Notes: generated from the sequence alone by a model not told the origin. A stretch of 64,000 nucleotides of DNA from an uncultured Gemmatimonadaceae bacterium (GCA_963790305.1 CAWBOC010000009.1:288001-352000), one strand, 5' to 3'. Positions 9,397 through 19,531 are shown, numbered from the stretch's first letter. Numbers and translations: made by a program.

Positions 9397-10851
9397 CTAT
9401 GACATCCAGTTCACACCAGCCTCGCGATTCCACTTCGTCGTCATCTTCTTCGCCTGCGTCCAGAACTCGATCGATCCGCGCCCGGTGATGTCCCCGACGC
9501 CGAACTTCGAATCGTTCCAGCCGCCGAAGGAGAACGGCTCACGCGGCACCGGAACGCCCACGTTGACGCCGACCATTCCCGCGCTCGCGCGCTCCATGAC
9601 ATAGCGCGCCATCCCCCCGCTCTCGGTGAACACGGAGGCCGCATTCCCGTACGGCGACGCGTTCTCGATCGCGATCGCCCTGTCGACATCGGGCGCACGC
9701 ACGATCACGAGCACGGGGCCGAACACTTCTTCCTGCGCGATGCGCATCTCGGGCGTCACGTAGTCGATGATCGTCGGTCCCAGATAGTAGCCACCTTCCC
9801 GGCCGGCCACCGTGGTCTTTCGGCCGTCGACGATCACCTTCGCACCCGCCGCCTCGGCCTCAGCGATATACGACTCGATGCGCTTCTTCGCCTCGGCGGA
9901 GATCACGGGCCCCAGATCCTTGCCCGCCACCATGCGGCTGGCCACCGCCTTCATGCGGTCGATGATGTGATCACTGGTCGAGACGGCGACCATGACCGAC
10001 GCGGCCATGCACCGCTGCCCCGCACACCCCGACATGGAGGCGACGATGTTCGTCGATGCCATCTCCGGATCGGCATCGGGAAGGACGATGAGGTGGTTCT
10101 TGGCGCCGCCTAACGCCAGGCAGCGCTTGAGCGCCGCGGTCGAGCGGCGATAGACGATCTTCGCCGTCTTGGTCGAGCCGACGAAGCTCACCGCCGCGAT
10201 ACCCGGGTGGTCGCAGATCGCCTCGACGGCGTCCTTGCCGCCGTGCACCACCTGAAAAACCCCTTCGGGAAGTCCCGCTTCCGCCAGGAGCTCGGCAATG
10301 CGCCCCGCGCTCAACGGCACGAGCTCCGAGGGCTTGAGGATCAGGCAGTTGCCGAGCGCGATCGCGTTGGGGATCGACCAGTTCGGCACCATGTTCGGGA
10401 AGTTGAACGGCGTGATCGCGGCGACGACACCCACCGGAAAGCGCTCAATGCGGCACTCGACACCCCTGCTGACTTCGAGCACCTCTCCCGGAGCGATCTG
10501 CGGAAGCGAACACGCAAACTCGGTGAGCTCGGCGGACTTGAGGACCTCGGCCCGCGCTTCGCTGACGATTTTTCCATTCTCCTCGGTGACCAGCGCCGCG
10601 AGGTCATCAATGTCGCGCTCGAGCAGCGTCTTGTACCGGTAGAAGATCTGGACGCGCTCCTTGATCGGCGTCGCTGCCCAGGCGGGAAACGCCGCCTTCG
10701 CGGAGCGAACGGCGGCGTCGACGTCGTCAGCGGCCGAGAGCGGGACCCGCGAAATGACTGCGCCGCTGCTCGGGTCGTACACGTCCAGCAGCGGGCGATC
10801 CGCGGTCACGAAGGAGCCGCCGACGTAGTTCCGGACTTCGGGATACTTCAT
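9397..10851 (-). CDS. mmsA: CoA-acylating (methyl)malonate-semialdehyde dehydrogenase
   Basis: ITPFNFP, LKPSE, SFVGST, GGAKNH, GQRCMA, EEVFGPV, GVNVGVPVP. Confidence 0.93.
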   Translation of the reverse strand: MKYPEVRNYVGGSFVTADRPLLDVYDPSSGAVISRVPLSAADDVDAAVRSAKAAFPAWAATPIKERVQIFYRYKTLLERDIDDLAALVTEENGKIVSEARAEVLKSAELTEFACSLPQIAPGEVLEVSRGVECRIERFPVGVVAAITPFNFPNMVPNWSIPNAIALGNCLILKPSELVPLSAGRIAELLAEAGLPEGVFQVVHGGKDAVEAICDHPGIAAVSFVGSTKTAKIVYRRSTAALKRCLALGGAKNHLIVLPDADPEMASTNIVASMSGCAGQRCMAASVMVAVSTSDHIIDRMKAVASRMVAGKDLGPVISAEAKKRIESYIAEAEAAGAKVIVDGRKTTVAGREGGYYLGPTIIDYVTPEMRIAQEEVFGPVLVIVRAPDVDRAIAIENASPYGNAASVFTESGGMARYVMERASAGMVGVNVGVPVPREPFSFGGWNDSKFGVGDITGRGSIEFWTQAKKMTTKWNREAGVNWMS

Positions 10852-10930
10852 TGGTCAACAATGCGATGTGCACCGCCGACAGGCAAGGAACCAGGGCGGT
10901 TTCGGGGGGCGTGGCACGTCACACGGGACG

Positions 10931-11383
10931 TTACTCCCCAATGTCCTCGTTCCAGAGGGCGGGATGCGCAGCAATGAAGTCTCGCATCAACCGCACACAG
11001 TCCTGGTCGTCAACGACCTCGAGCACGACGCCGCGCTGTCTGAGATAATCCTCGGGGCCGCGGAAGGTGCGGTTCTCTCCAATCACGATCCGCGGAATGC
11101 CGTACAACAGCAATGCGCCGCTGCACATGTCGCAGGGCGACAGCGTCGAGTAGAGCGTGGCGCGGCGGTAATCGGCGGCTCGCAGTCGCCCCGCGTTCTC
11201 GAGACAGTCCATCTCCGCGTGCAGGGTCGCGCTTCCCTTCTGGACTCGACGGTTGTGGCCGCGCCCGACGATTCGCCCGTCGATGACGAGCACGGAGCCG
11301 ATCGGAATCCCGCCTTCGGAGAGTCCCGCGCGCGCCTCGGCAATCGCGGCGTCCAGAAAGGGATCACTCGTTGGGCTGGACAT
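10931..11383 (-). CDS. Zn-dependent cytosine/nucleoside deaminase (CDA fold, yeast Fcy1-like)
   Basis: GGIPIG, HAE, LSPCDMC, WNEDIGE; TGATG overlap with the upstream cytochrome gene. Confidence 0.9.
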   Translation of the reverse strand: MSSPTSDPFLDAAIAEARAGLSEGGIPIGSVLVIDGRIVGRGHNRRVQKGSATLHAEMDCLENAGRLRAADYRRATLYSTLSPCDMCSGALLLYGIPRIVIGENRTFRGPEDYLRQRGVVLEVVDDQDCVRLMRDFIAAHPALWNEDIGE

Positions 11384-13599
11384 CACTGAACGCGGTGCCG
11401 CACGATGCCGAAGGACAATGACTGTGCGGGCACCGCCCGCCCGGACGGATCGCGCCCCTGCACGACCGCCCGGTACACTCCGCTGGCGATCGGCGCTCCA
11501 GCCTCGTTGACCAGATTCCAGGTCAGCGATGGCTGGTCCCCAGCAGGCAGAGCGCGGACGAGCGTGCCATCCGGCTCGAGTATTTGCACGAGCCCTCCGG
11601 GCGGCAGGTTGGCGAAGACGAGACCGGGAGTCTCGGTGGGCCCGGTGATGCTCAGCCGTACCGCCCGAGGACCGCGACTCCGCACCGGCAATGACGTGAT
11701 CGGAGAGCCAAGGCTACTGACGCCGATCACGACAGTGCCTCGCGTCCGGACCTCATGCAACGGAGACAGGGCCTCGGCGAGCGCCGGATCCAGGTGCACC
11801 GCCTGCTGAAATGCGCTCGACGCTTCCCGAAGACGCCCCTGATCCGCGAGCAGCGTTCCGAGGGTGAAGTGCGCCAGAGGCAGGCTTGGCTGCTCGGCAA
11901 GCGCGCGACGATACTCCTGCTCGGCGTCGTCGCGCCGACCCTGGGCTTGCAGGAAGTCGGCGTAGTCGGCGCGAATCCACGCCAGCGCCGGCTGCAGGGC
12001 AAGGGCGCGGCGATAAAGCGAGTCAATGACCGCGGGAGCCCGCCCGGCGCGCTCGTACGACTGCGCCAGGGCGCGCAGCCGATCGGGCCGATTCGAGTCG
12101 GCCCGCACCGCCTGCTCGAGTGCGCGAATGGCCTCATCGTTTCTGCCGAGCTGCTGATAGGCTACGCCGAGCAGAAAGTGTGCTTCCCCTCGCGTCGTGT
12201 CGGTTCCGAGGGCGCGGTGGAGTGCAGCGGCGCCGCCGGCAAGCGCACTGGCATCGGTGGCACGGGCTGCATAGACGATCTGCCCCATGCCGCCGTACAC
12301 CGCGGCGTCGGGCCCGTTCTTGTCCCGCTCGAAATACGCCTCGATGAGTTGGTCCGTCGACTGCCTAACGGGCGCCGCTGCCGACCCTGGCGCCACGACT
12401 CGAATCCAGTGGTCGGTGAACGTTCCGTGGGGGACGGCGCGTTCCTTCACACGGGGCATATGGCAGCTTGCGCAGTCCGCCCCGGCGCTGTGGTCGGCGC
12501 GCGCCGGTGAACGCTCGAATCGCTCGGCCAGGGCCGCCGCCGCATGGCAGCCAAGACAGGGTTGGTTACGCGCCGCGGAGTCCGGCGGTGGACGGTGCGG
12601 GTTGTGGCAGATTGCGCACTCGAGCGGGCGCGAGGTGGCGCGCGTCGCGAGGAAGCAGGCGCTTTGCCGCAGGCGATCGGCGTGGGATACGATGTCGATG
12701 CTCCCCGCCACCTTGAAGAACGCCCACTGCTCGCGCAGCGGCTGCGAGGGAAGGTAACTGAAGGCGTCCTTTCCCTCACGCAGGACCGTCACTGGCGTGT
12801 GCACGTGACATTGCTCGCACACGTCCAGCCGGCGCGCGAGAGGAAGTCGCGCCGGATTTACGATCGTATTGTCGAACGTGGTGTCGCCGTCCACCGTCGC
12901 GCGTCGCTGACCGACGTGAAGCGCCCCGGGCCCATGGCATCGCTCGCATCCGATCCCGGGGCGGAGCTCGGCGTACTTGCCCTCGAGAAATGGAAATGGC
13001 CGCGGATAGCTCGAGTGACAGGCGATGCATCGATCGGGCATGACACGATCGAAGCGCGCGTTGTTCAGCTCGTACCCGGGACTGAAATCCCATCCATGCT
13101 GTCGATACCAGGTGAGCGGCAACTGGAACAGCCGTCCGTTCTCCTCGGTAAAGTAGGTGCGTGCGACCACCCCGCTCCCCATCACGTAGTCCATGCGCCG
13201 GCGCTGCTCATGGATGCGCTTCCCGCCGGCGCCGAGAATGAGCTCGACCTGGTACAGCTGACCGCCGTCATCGACGACGGAGTAGTGGAATCCCGTTGGG
13301 CGGTGCACGAGCGCCGTGTCGAGCGTGGTCTCGATACGATCCGCCGGCGTCCAGCGATGAAACGACCGCGACATCGCATGTTGGTCGTACGCCGCTGCTT
13401 CGGCGCTGTGACAGCTCTCGCAGGCCGCGTCACCGACATAGTCGGTGGGGGCACTGACGTTTCGAAAGACCGGCGATGGCTCGTCAGGCAGGTCCGGCGG
13501 CACGTCCGTCCGCGACGAGCGGTCGCATGCGGTGATTGCCGCTGCGGCAAGGCACAGTGAAACGAGGAGCGCCTTGACTCTCGGGCGGCGGAACGTCAC
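11383..13599 (-). CDS. Multiheme c-type cytochrome lipoprotein with TPR repeats and C-terminal FlgD-Ig-like domain
   Basis: Lipobox-like AAITAC; seven CxxCH motifs (CESCH, CIACH, CERCH, CEQCH, CAICH, CLGCH, CASCH); TPR helices; DGTLVRAL...W...SGVY tail. Confidence 0.85.
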   Translation of the reverse strand: MTFRRPRVKALLVSLCLAAAAITACDRSSRTDVPPDLPDEPSPVFRNVSAPTDYVGDAACESCHSAEAAAYDQHAMSRSFHRWTPADRIETTLDTALVHRPTGFHYSVVDDGGQLYQVELILGAGGKRIHEQRRRMDYVMGSGVVARTYFTEENGRLFQLPLTWYRQHGWDFSPGYELNNARFDRVMPDRCIACHSSYPRPFPFLEGKYAELRPGIGCERCHGPGALHVGQRRATVDGDTTFDNTIVNPARLPLARRLDVCEQCHVHTPVTVLREGKDAFSYLPSQPLREQWAFFKVAGSIDIVSHADRLRQSACFLATRATSRPLECAICHNPHRPPPDSAARNQPCLGCHAAAALAERFERSPARADHSAGADCASCHMPRVKERAVPHGTFTDHWIRVVAPGSAAAPVRQSTDQLIEAYFERDKNGPDAAVYGGMGQIVYAARATDASALAGGAAALHRALGTDTTRGEAHFLLGVAYQQLGRNDEAIRALEQAVRADSNRPDRLRALAQSYERAGRAPAVIDSLYRRALALQPALAWIRADYADFLQAQGRRDDAEQEYRRALAEQPSLPLAHFTLGTLLADQGRLREASSAFQQAVHLDPALAEALSPLHEVRTRGTVVIGVSSLGSPITSLPVRSRGPRAVRLSITGPTETPGLVFANLPPGGLVQILEPDGTLVRALPAGDQPSLTWNLVNEAGAPIASGVYRAVVQGRDPSGRAVPAQSLSFGIVRHRVQ

Positions 13600-13779
13600 T
13601 GGAGTGACAACTGGGCCATTCGTGCGCGGGTCTGGCGGAAATCGATGGCGAACAGTGGTCGGAGTCGCGCGCGAGCGTCAAGGACTGGACGGGAACTTTC
13701 GCGGCGTCGTCGACCCGTCCGTTCTTGATGTCAGCGCGCTGAGCAGTTGTATTCCGGCAATGCATCCAGACCGCATCGC

Positions 13780-15117
13780 GTGACGGAGCTCGCCCGCCGC
13801 CTCGGCGTCTTCGATGCCACCATGATCGTGATGGGCGGCATCATTGGCGCCGGCATCTTCATCAGCCCGTACGTCGTCGCGCGACACGTCAACACAACGC
13901 CGCTCATCCTCGGGGCATGGGTCGCGGGCGGTGCCATCGCGCTCGCCGGTGCCTTCGTGTATGCCGAGCTCGCGGCCCTGCGACCGGAAGCGGGCGGCGT
14001 GTACGCGTATCTCCGGGATGCCTTTCATCCCATCGTCGCATTCCTGTTCGGCTGGACGCTCCTCCTCGTAGTGCAGGCGGGAGGAATGGCGGCGGTCGCG
14101 GTGACCTTCGGTCTGTACGTGAGGGATCTCACCGGCATCGCGCTTTCGCCGACCACGCTCGCCGTGGGGGCACTGGTCGCCCTCACGATCATCAACTGCT
14201 TTGGGGTTCGCACCGGCGCGAACGTGCAGAACACGTTCATGGTGCTGAAGATCGTCGCCATCGGGGCATTGGTGACGATCGGATGGCTCGCGGTGGGAAC
14301 GGCGCCGCCCACGCCCGAGGTCGCGCGAGCGACCGGCTTCGGCGCGGCGATGGTTCCCGTACTCTTCGCCTACGGCGGATGGCAGACCGCCAGCTTCGTC
14401 TCCGAGGAAATGCGGGATACCCAACGCGACCTGCCCCGGGCCATGCTCTGGGGGATCATCGGTGTCGTCGTCCTGTACCTGGCAGCGAACCTCGTGTACG
14501 CGTTGGTGCTGAGCCCGGCCGGGCTCGCCGCAACGACCACGCCCGCCTCGGAGGTCATGCGCCGCGCCATCGGCGAGCGAGGCGCCCGCTTCATCGCGTT
14601 AGGCATCGCCATCTCGACGATCGGCTACCTCAGCCAGGGCATGTTGACCGCGCCGCGCGTCTACTTCGCCATGGCGCGCGACGGCGTCTTTTTCTCGAAG
14701 GTGGGCTGGCTTCATCCGCGAACACGCGCGCCGGTCTACGCCATCGCTCTTCAGGGCGTCTGGGCGGTCGCGGTCGCGTTGTCAGGCCGGTACGAGCAGA
14801 TCCTGAACTATGTCGTGGCGATCGACGCGATCTTCTTCGGGCTCACGGGCGTGGCGCTCATCGTCTTCCGACGACGTGAGTCTCGCGAGGCAGGCTCGAG
14901 ACGATTCCGTACCCCCGGTCACCCCTGGACGACGATCCTCTTCGTCGCCGCCTTCTGGATTGTCGCCTTCAACACCGTGCTGCAGTTTCCGACGTCGGCT
15001 GGCATCGGTGTCCTGGTGCTTTTGGCCGGGGTTCCGGTCTACCTGTGGTGGTCCAGGCAGCGCGTCAGGCTGGCGGCTCGATCCTCAGCGGCACCACCGT
15101 CGTCCCCCAGTGCATAA
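13780..15117 (+). CDS. APC-family amino acid permease
   Basis: GGIIGAGIF, YAELAAL, GGVYAY, FAYGGW, PRVYFAMARDG; start GTG 13780. Confidence 0.92.
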   Translation: MTELARRLGVFDATMIVMGGIIGAGIFISPYVVARHVNTTPLILGAWVAGGAIALAGAFVYAELAALRPEAGGVYAYLRDAFHPIVAFLFGWTLLLVVQAGGMAAVAVTFGLYVRDLTGIALSPTTLAVGALVALTIINCFGVRTGANVQNTFMVLKIVAIGALVTIGWLAVGTAPPTPEVARATGFGAAMVPVLFAYGGWQTASFVSEEMRDTQRDLPRAMLWGIIGVVVLYLAANLVYALVLSPAGLAATTTPASEVMRRAIGERGARFIALGIAISTIGYLSQGMLTAPRVYFAMARDGVFFSKVGWLHPRTRAPVYAIALQGVWAVAVALSGRYEQILNYVVAIDAIFFGLTGVALIVFRRRESREAGSRRFRTPGHPWTTILFVAAFWIVAFNTVLQFPTSAGIGVLVLLAGVPVYLWWSRQRVRLAARSSAAPPSSPSA

Positions 15118-15610
15118 CCAGCTCGCCAGTCAGTCCGTCCACGTCCGGGAAGTAGAACGTCAACAGCTCCACCGGAGGCCCTTCGCGCACGGTAGTCTCG
15201 ACGCGCAGAACGTCACTGCCGCTGGGATACGGCAGATGCCACACCGGATGCGCGCTGCTGAAGATGACGGTCCAGCGGGTTTGGTCGGGAATCATCGAGA
15301 TGCTGTACGTGCCGGCGGCTAGCGCCTGGCCGTTGACGCGCACCGCGCTGCTGAACGTGATGCTCGTGGCCGTGTCGGCGCCAGGAGTCCACGGTCGCCC
15401 CCAGGGCACGAGGGCGCCAAACAGCTCGCGTCCGCGTGCGCCTGGCCGGCTGTACTTCACTTCGATCCGCGTCGGGCCTAACGCCTGCGTCACCGAAGCT
15501 TGCTGACTCCGTCGCGGGCGGCGTGTCTCCTGAGCGCATAGCGACGACGTCAGCATGAGCCCGGCGAACGGGGCCAGAACACCAATCGTCCGAATGCCGA
15601 CGGCCGGCAT
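15065..15610 (-). CDS. DUF2911 family secreted protein
   Basis: Signal peptide; SQQASVTQ, YSRPGARGRELFGALVPWG, WTPGA, AGTYS. Confidence 0.88.
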   Translation of the reverse strand: MPAVGIRTIGVLAPFAGLMLTSSLCAQETRRPRRSQQASVTQALGPTRIEVKYSRPGARGRELFGALVPWGRPWTPGADTATSITFSSAVRVNGQALAAGTYSISMIPDQTRWTVIFSSAHPVWHLPYPSGSDVLRVETTVREGPPVELLTFYFPDVDGLTGELVMHWGTTVVPLRIEPPA

Positions 15611-16029
15611 CAGTTGGCAAACTCCTCGTCGACGGCGAGCCGAATCTCGGCGAGGGTCTTCCCGTCGCGCGCGAGCCGGGCGACCAGCTCAGCCTCCTCG
15701 CGACACGCCATGCAGCCAATGGCCTGACGACTCTCGAAGCAGCTCAGCAGCGAACGGTGGCCCATGCTCTTGTCGCACTCGCACGCACAGTAAACGCCGT
15801 CGAAGACTTCGGGATGCGTGCGCGCCGCCGCGTACGCTTCCCGGGCACGGCGGCGTTCACCGACCTCCGATTCCGGCAGCACGTTCTCGCCGGTAATTCC
15901 GGGGCGCGGATCGGGATGCGGGAAACCAGCCCGAGGCTTCGCTACGTGATGCGCAACTCCGTCTCGCCAGATCGCGGGGGGTGCGAGGAGCGCGGAAAGC
16001 GCCAACAGAAATCGCCGGCGGGTTGTCAT
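15610..16029 (-). CDS. PCYCGC-motif family Cys-rich protein with Tat-like signal
   Basis: TTRRRFLL; YCACEC...GHRSLLSCF...GCMAC. Confidence 0.8.
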   Translation of the reverse strand: MTTRRRFLLALSALLAPPAIWRDGVAHHVAKPRAGFPHPDPRPGITGENVLPESEVGERRRAREAYAAARTHPEVFDGVYCACECDKSMGHRSLLSCFESRQAIGCMACREEAELVARLARDGKTLAEIRLAVDEEFAN

Positions 16030-16133
16030 GCACCGAAATTAAGCGCGGAGGTGCCAGTTCAAAACAGTCAGCGCGTCAGGAATCCGTTAGTGTCCCATCC
16101 CGGGCCTCAGGGCTCGAAAAGCTCATTTCAAGC

Positions 16134-18011
16134 ATGCCCCGACCGACCGGCATCCCATCTCCGATGATCACTTTCACGCTCTTCGCCCTCGCGCTGGTGA
16201 TGTCTCCCGCGCTCTTGGCACAGCATGCCTTCGGCCACCACACCGAGGCGCTCGAGATCCGATTTGCACGAACGGACCCGGTAATCGCCTACGTCCTGCG
16301 TCTCGATTCCGCCGACCTTTCCGGATTCGATGTCGAGATGCGGATTCGAAGCGCACCCGACACCTTTCGCGTCGCCATGGCGGCGCACCCGGAGTACGAC
16401 GACCGCTTCTCGCGGTTCGTCGAGGGAATGCGCGTCGAGACGCCGCGCGGCGCCGGCGAGATCGTCCGCCTCGACACCGCGCTATGGCGCATCCGTGCAC
16501 CCGGAGGCGAAGCCACCCTTCGATATCGCATTCGACTTCCCGCTCCCGAAGGTGGTCAGCGCGCTTCGTGGCGACCGTTCATGTCGCTCAGCGGTGCCTT
16601 GAGTGGTGGACCACATGCCTTCATGTACCTCGTGAGTGCTCCCCTCGCGCCGGCACACGTGAAGGTCGACGTGCCGCCCAGCTGGGAGATAGCGACCGGG
16701 CTCGTCCCCACCTCCGATCCGCACACGTTCTTCGCACCGACTGCCGAATTCCTCATCGACTCCCCAATCCTCGCCGGCCGGTTTCGCAACTGGCGCTTCG
16801 ACGTCGATGGGACGCCGCACCGCGTGGTCTATTGGCCTCTGCCCGACGCCACCCCGTTCGACACGACCGCCTTCGTCTCCTCGCTGGAGCGCCTGAGCCG
16901 TCAGGCGGTCGCGCTCTTCGGGCGCGCCCCATATCGCGAGTTCACGTTTCTCTTTCAGGACGGCGCGTTCGGCGGCCTCGAGCACGCCAATTCGGCGACG
17001 TTAGGCGCCCCGAGTGCCGAGCTCGCCCGCGGCCAGGCGGAGCTGCTGGGTGAGGCTGCGCACGAGTACCTCCACGCGTGGAACCTCGTCCGCATCCGGC
17101 CAGCGGAGCGCGGGCCAATCAGCTACCGGCAGACCGGGCAGACACGAGGTCTGTGGTGGAGCGAAGGCCTTACCATGTTCTACGCGGACCTGCTCGCTCG
17201 GCGCGCCGGGATCCCCACCGTCGATTCGACACGCATCGCGCACGTCGAGCGGCTCATCGCCCGCTATCGCTTCAGTCCCGGCAACGCCCGAATCTCTGCC
17301 GAGCGGGCGGGCCTCGCCGAGTACGGCGCGCCACCCGGATCGCTTGGTGACTACGATCCGAGTCCGCACACCCAGGGAGAGCTCCTCGGGACAATCCTCG
17401 ACCTGGTGATTCGAGAGGCGACGCACGATCGTCGCTCCATCGACGACGTCATGCGGCTCATGATGCAACGGTACTCCGGGAGAACGGGATTCACCGGCCG
17501 TGACATCGAGCGCGCTGTCACGGAAGTCTGTGGCTGCAGCGTTCGCCCGATATTCGACGCGCATGTCCGCGGTGCCGCGCCGATCGACGTGAACCGATAT
17601 CTCGGCGCCGTCGGGCTGCGAGCCGACGTCACCGACGAACCGGTGCGGAACGCGGAGGGTGAGGCCACCCCCGACCTGCGAGTGTTCGGCTGGCAGCCGG
17701 AGGAGGGACGGGTCGCGCTGCTCATCAACAATCCCGAGAGCGCCTGGGGTCGCGCCGGCCTTCACACCGGCGATCGTCTCATATCGATCGACAATCAGCC
17801 AGTCGCCACATTACGAGAGCTTCGGGCCGCGGTCCTGCGCGCACGCATTGGCGATACCGTGATCGTCCGGGTGCAGCGGCCTAACGGTCCCTTCCGCGCG
17901 TCGGTGATGGTCACGGGGTACAGCTACCCGCGGGTGCGACTCGAGGAGAAGCCCAATGCCACCCCGCTCCAACGACAGCGGCGCGAGCGCTGGATCAACG
18001 CGTCACCGTGA
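16134..18011 (+). CDS. M61 glycyl aminopeptidase family metallopeptidase with PDZ domain
   Basis: GGLEHANS, AHEYLHAWN, WWSEGLT, C-terminal AGLHTGDRLISID; start 16134 or 16164. Confidence 0.9.
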   Translation: MPRPTGIPSPMITFTLFALALVMSPALLAQHAFGHHTEALEIRFARTDPVIAYVLRLDSADLSGFDVEMRIRSAPDTFRVAMAAHPEYDDRFSRFVEGMRVETPRGAGEIVRLDTALWRIRAPGGEATLRYRIRLPAPEGGQRASWRPFMSLSGALSGGPHAFMYLVSAPLAPAHVKVDVPPSWEIATGLVPTSDPHTFFAPTAEFLIDSPILAGRFRNWRFDVDGTPHRVVYWPLPDATPFDTTAFVSSLERLSRQAVALFGRAPYREFTFLFQDGAFGGLEHANSATLGAPSAELARGQAELLGEAAHEYLHAWNLVRIRPAERGPISYRQTGQTRGLWWSEGLTMFYADLLARRAGIPTVDSTRIAHVERLIARYRFSPGNARISAERAGLAEYGAPPGSLGDYDPSPHTQGELLGTILDLVIREATHDRRSIDDVMRLMMQRYSGRTGFTGRDIERAVTEVCGCSVRPIFDAHVRGAAPIDVNRYLGAVGLRADVTDEPVRNAEGEATPDLRVFGWQPEEGRVALLINNPESAWGRAGLHTGDRLISIDNQPVATLRELRAAVLRARIGDTVIVRVQRPNGPFRASVMVTGYSYPRVRLEEKPNATPLQRQRRERWINASP

Positions 18012-18066
18012 CCGGGTGGACTGGCTTTTGCGCCGCGCGGCGTGCGACCCTTTTCAGGAGCGACCA

Positions 18067-18339
18067 ATGCCTCGGGGCGACAAGTCGAAGTACACGCACA
18101 AGCAGGAGCGCATGGCCGAGCATATCGAGGAAGGCTACGAGAAGCAGGGCGTGAGCGAGAAAGAAGCCGAGCGCCGCGCCTGGGCGACGGTCAACAAGCA
18201 GACGGGCGGCGGCAACAAACCCGGCGGCTCTGGCCGCGGGAAGCCGGACACCAGCCGAGGGAGCATGACGCGCGCGGAGCGCAGCCGTGCGGCCAAGAAG
18301 GGGGCGGCCACTCGGAAGCGGAACTCGAGCTCCGGGTAG
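18067..18339 (+). CDS. Small basic protein (family often annotated 'plasmid stabilization protein')
   Basis: MPRGDKSKYTHKQERMAEHIEEGYE...AERRAWATVNK...RSRAAKKGAATRKR; AGGAG RBS. Confidence 0.85.
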   Translation: MPRGDKSKYTHKQERMAEHIEEGYEKQGVSEKEAERRAWATVNKQTGGGNKPGGSGRGKPDTSRGSMTRAERSRAAKKGAATRKRNSSSG

Positions 18340-18426
18340 TCGAGGTCATCAAGGGTGTCGAGGTGATCGAGGGACCGTCGTTGCCTTCCTCGCTTACCTC
18401 GACGACCTCGACACCCTCGACTACCC
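18334..18426. repeat. Palindrome of inverted 9-bp tandem repeats (same family as 3531-3635)
   Basis: GGGTAGT CGAGGTCAT CAAGGGTGT CGAGGTGAT CGAGGG ... CCTCG CTTACCTCG ACGACCTCG ACACCCTCG ACTACCC, between convergent stops. Confidence 0.88.
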
Positions 18427-19026
18427 CTACTTCATATGCTTCCAGTTCCGTGGCTTCCCGTCCGCGAGCCACTCCACTGCCGTCGCCAACCGGCGCGCGC
18501 GCGTCTCTTCCTGCTTGGCCGTCGTCACCCACTCCAGGTACTCGCGCCGGTGGCTCGGCGTAAAGTTCTCGAACGTCGTTAGGGCCTTCTTGTTTTGCTT
18601 GAGGGCCGCCATGAAATAGGGCGGCGTCTTGATCGGTTGCTTGGGGTGTTTTGGAGGACGCGCCGCTTTCACGCCCTGCTCGTTCAGCGCCATCGCCTTC
18701 TTGATGTAGCCGATGAGGGTTTTCTTCGACGGAAGATCCGAGAGAGAGCGGATACGTCCGAAGTGCCCCGCCGCTTCCTGCGCCTTGGGATTCCTGTCGT
18801 CGAGCACGAGCGCGCCCTTCCAGAACCCGAACGCGCAGTGCTCCTTGAACGCAGCCATGCTGCACAACGTCCCGTGATAGTCGAAGAAGGGTGAGCTCCA
18901 CTTCGTCGTCTCCTCTACCTCGGGGCACGCCTCGTGAACCACCGAGCGAAGGTAGGTGAGGATCGGACGCGCAAAAGGCGCCGACTTCTCAATGTAGGCG
19001 TCAATGCGTGGATCGCGGGTGCCCAT
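18427..19026 (-). CDS. YdeI/OmpD-associated family protein (DUF1801)
   Basis: DPRIDAYIEKSAPFARPIL, KWSSP, FKEHC, REYLEWV, GKPRNWK; GAGGAG RBS. Confidence 0.9.
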   Translation of the reverse strand: MGTRDPRIDAYIEKSAPFARPILTYLRSVVHEACPEVEETTKWSSPFFDYHGTLCSMAAFKEHCAFGFWKGALVLDDRNPKAQEAAGHFGRIRSLSDLPSKKTLIGYIKKAMALNEQGVKAARPPKHPKQPIKTPPYFMAALKQNKKALTTFENFTPSHRREYLEWVTTAKQEETRARRLATAVEWLADGKPRNWKHMK

Positions 19027-19063
19027 TGGTGCTCCTCGAGTCAGGGTAAGGGCCGCGGCTCGT

Positions 19064-19342
19064 TTACACGTCGGGGATGGATATCGATTTCGCCTGCACG
19101 ATCTCACAGCGCGGCGGCAGCACAATCGTGTCCTTCGAGGTCGCAAAGAACGCGAGTCCCCGGTATGACGTGAGATATTGATTGTGCTTCTTGAACATGC
19201 CGCCAACGCCGATCACGACCAGTGGTCGGTCCGTTCGCTCGAGGATCTTCAGCCAGTCCGCGATCTCGAGGCGCACGACTACTCCCACCGCCTTGAGTGC
19301 GTTGACGCGTGCCGCGTGAGCGGCGGCTGCGCTTGCATCCAT
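19064..19342 (-). CDS. Conserved hypothetical protein
   Basis: Protein-like 92-aa ORF containing QYLTSYRGLAF. Confidence 0.7.
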   Translation of the reverse strand: MDASAAAAHAARVNALKAVGVVVRLEIADWLKILERTDRPLVVIGVGGMFKKHNQYLTSYRGLAFFATSKDTIVLPPRCEIVQAKSISIPDV

Positions 19343-19531
19343 TCGGCTCTCGTTGCTTATGAAAGTCAGGAGATGGCGGGCGCACGGGCTTAGCGACCCC
19401 AAGCTACTATCGCGTCGACGCAGTCACTAGGATACGCCGAGGCAACTCTTTCATACCGGGACGGCTCCTAGAAAAGGGGCTTCTCCCCGCGCCGCCCGAC
19501 CGTCGGTCCCCTAGCCACATTCCGAGGAATC

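Noticed and set aside
18067..18339. 'Plasmid stabilization' label as evidence of a plasmid or toxin-antitoxin system
   Set aside because: No partner gene or ParE/RelE-like features; the context is chromosomal housekeeping.
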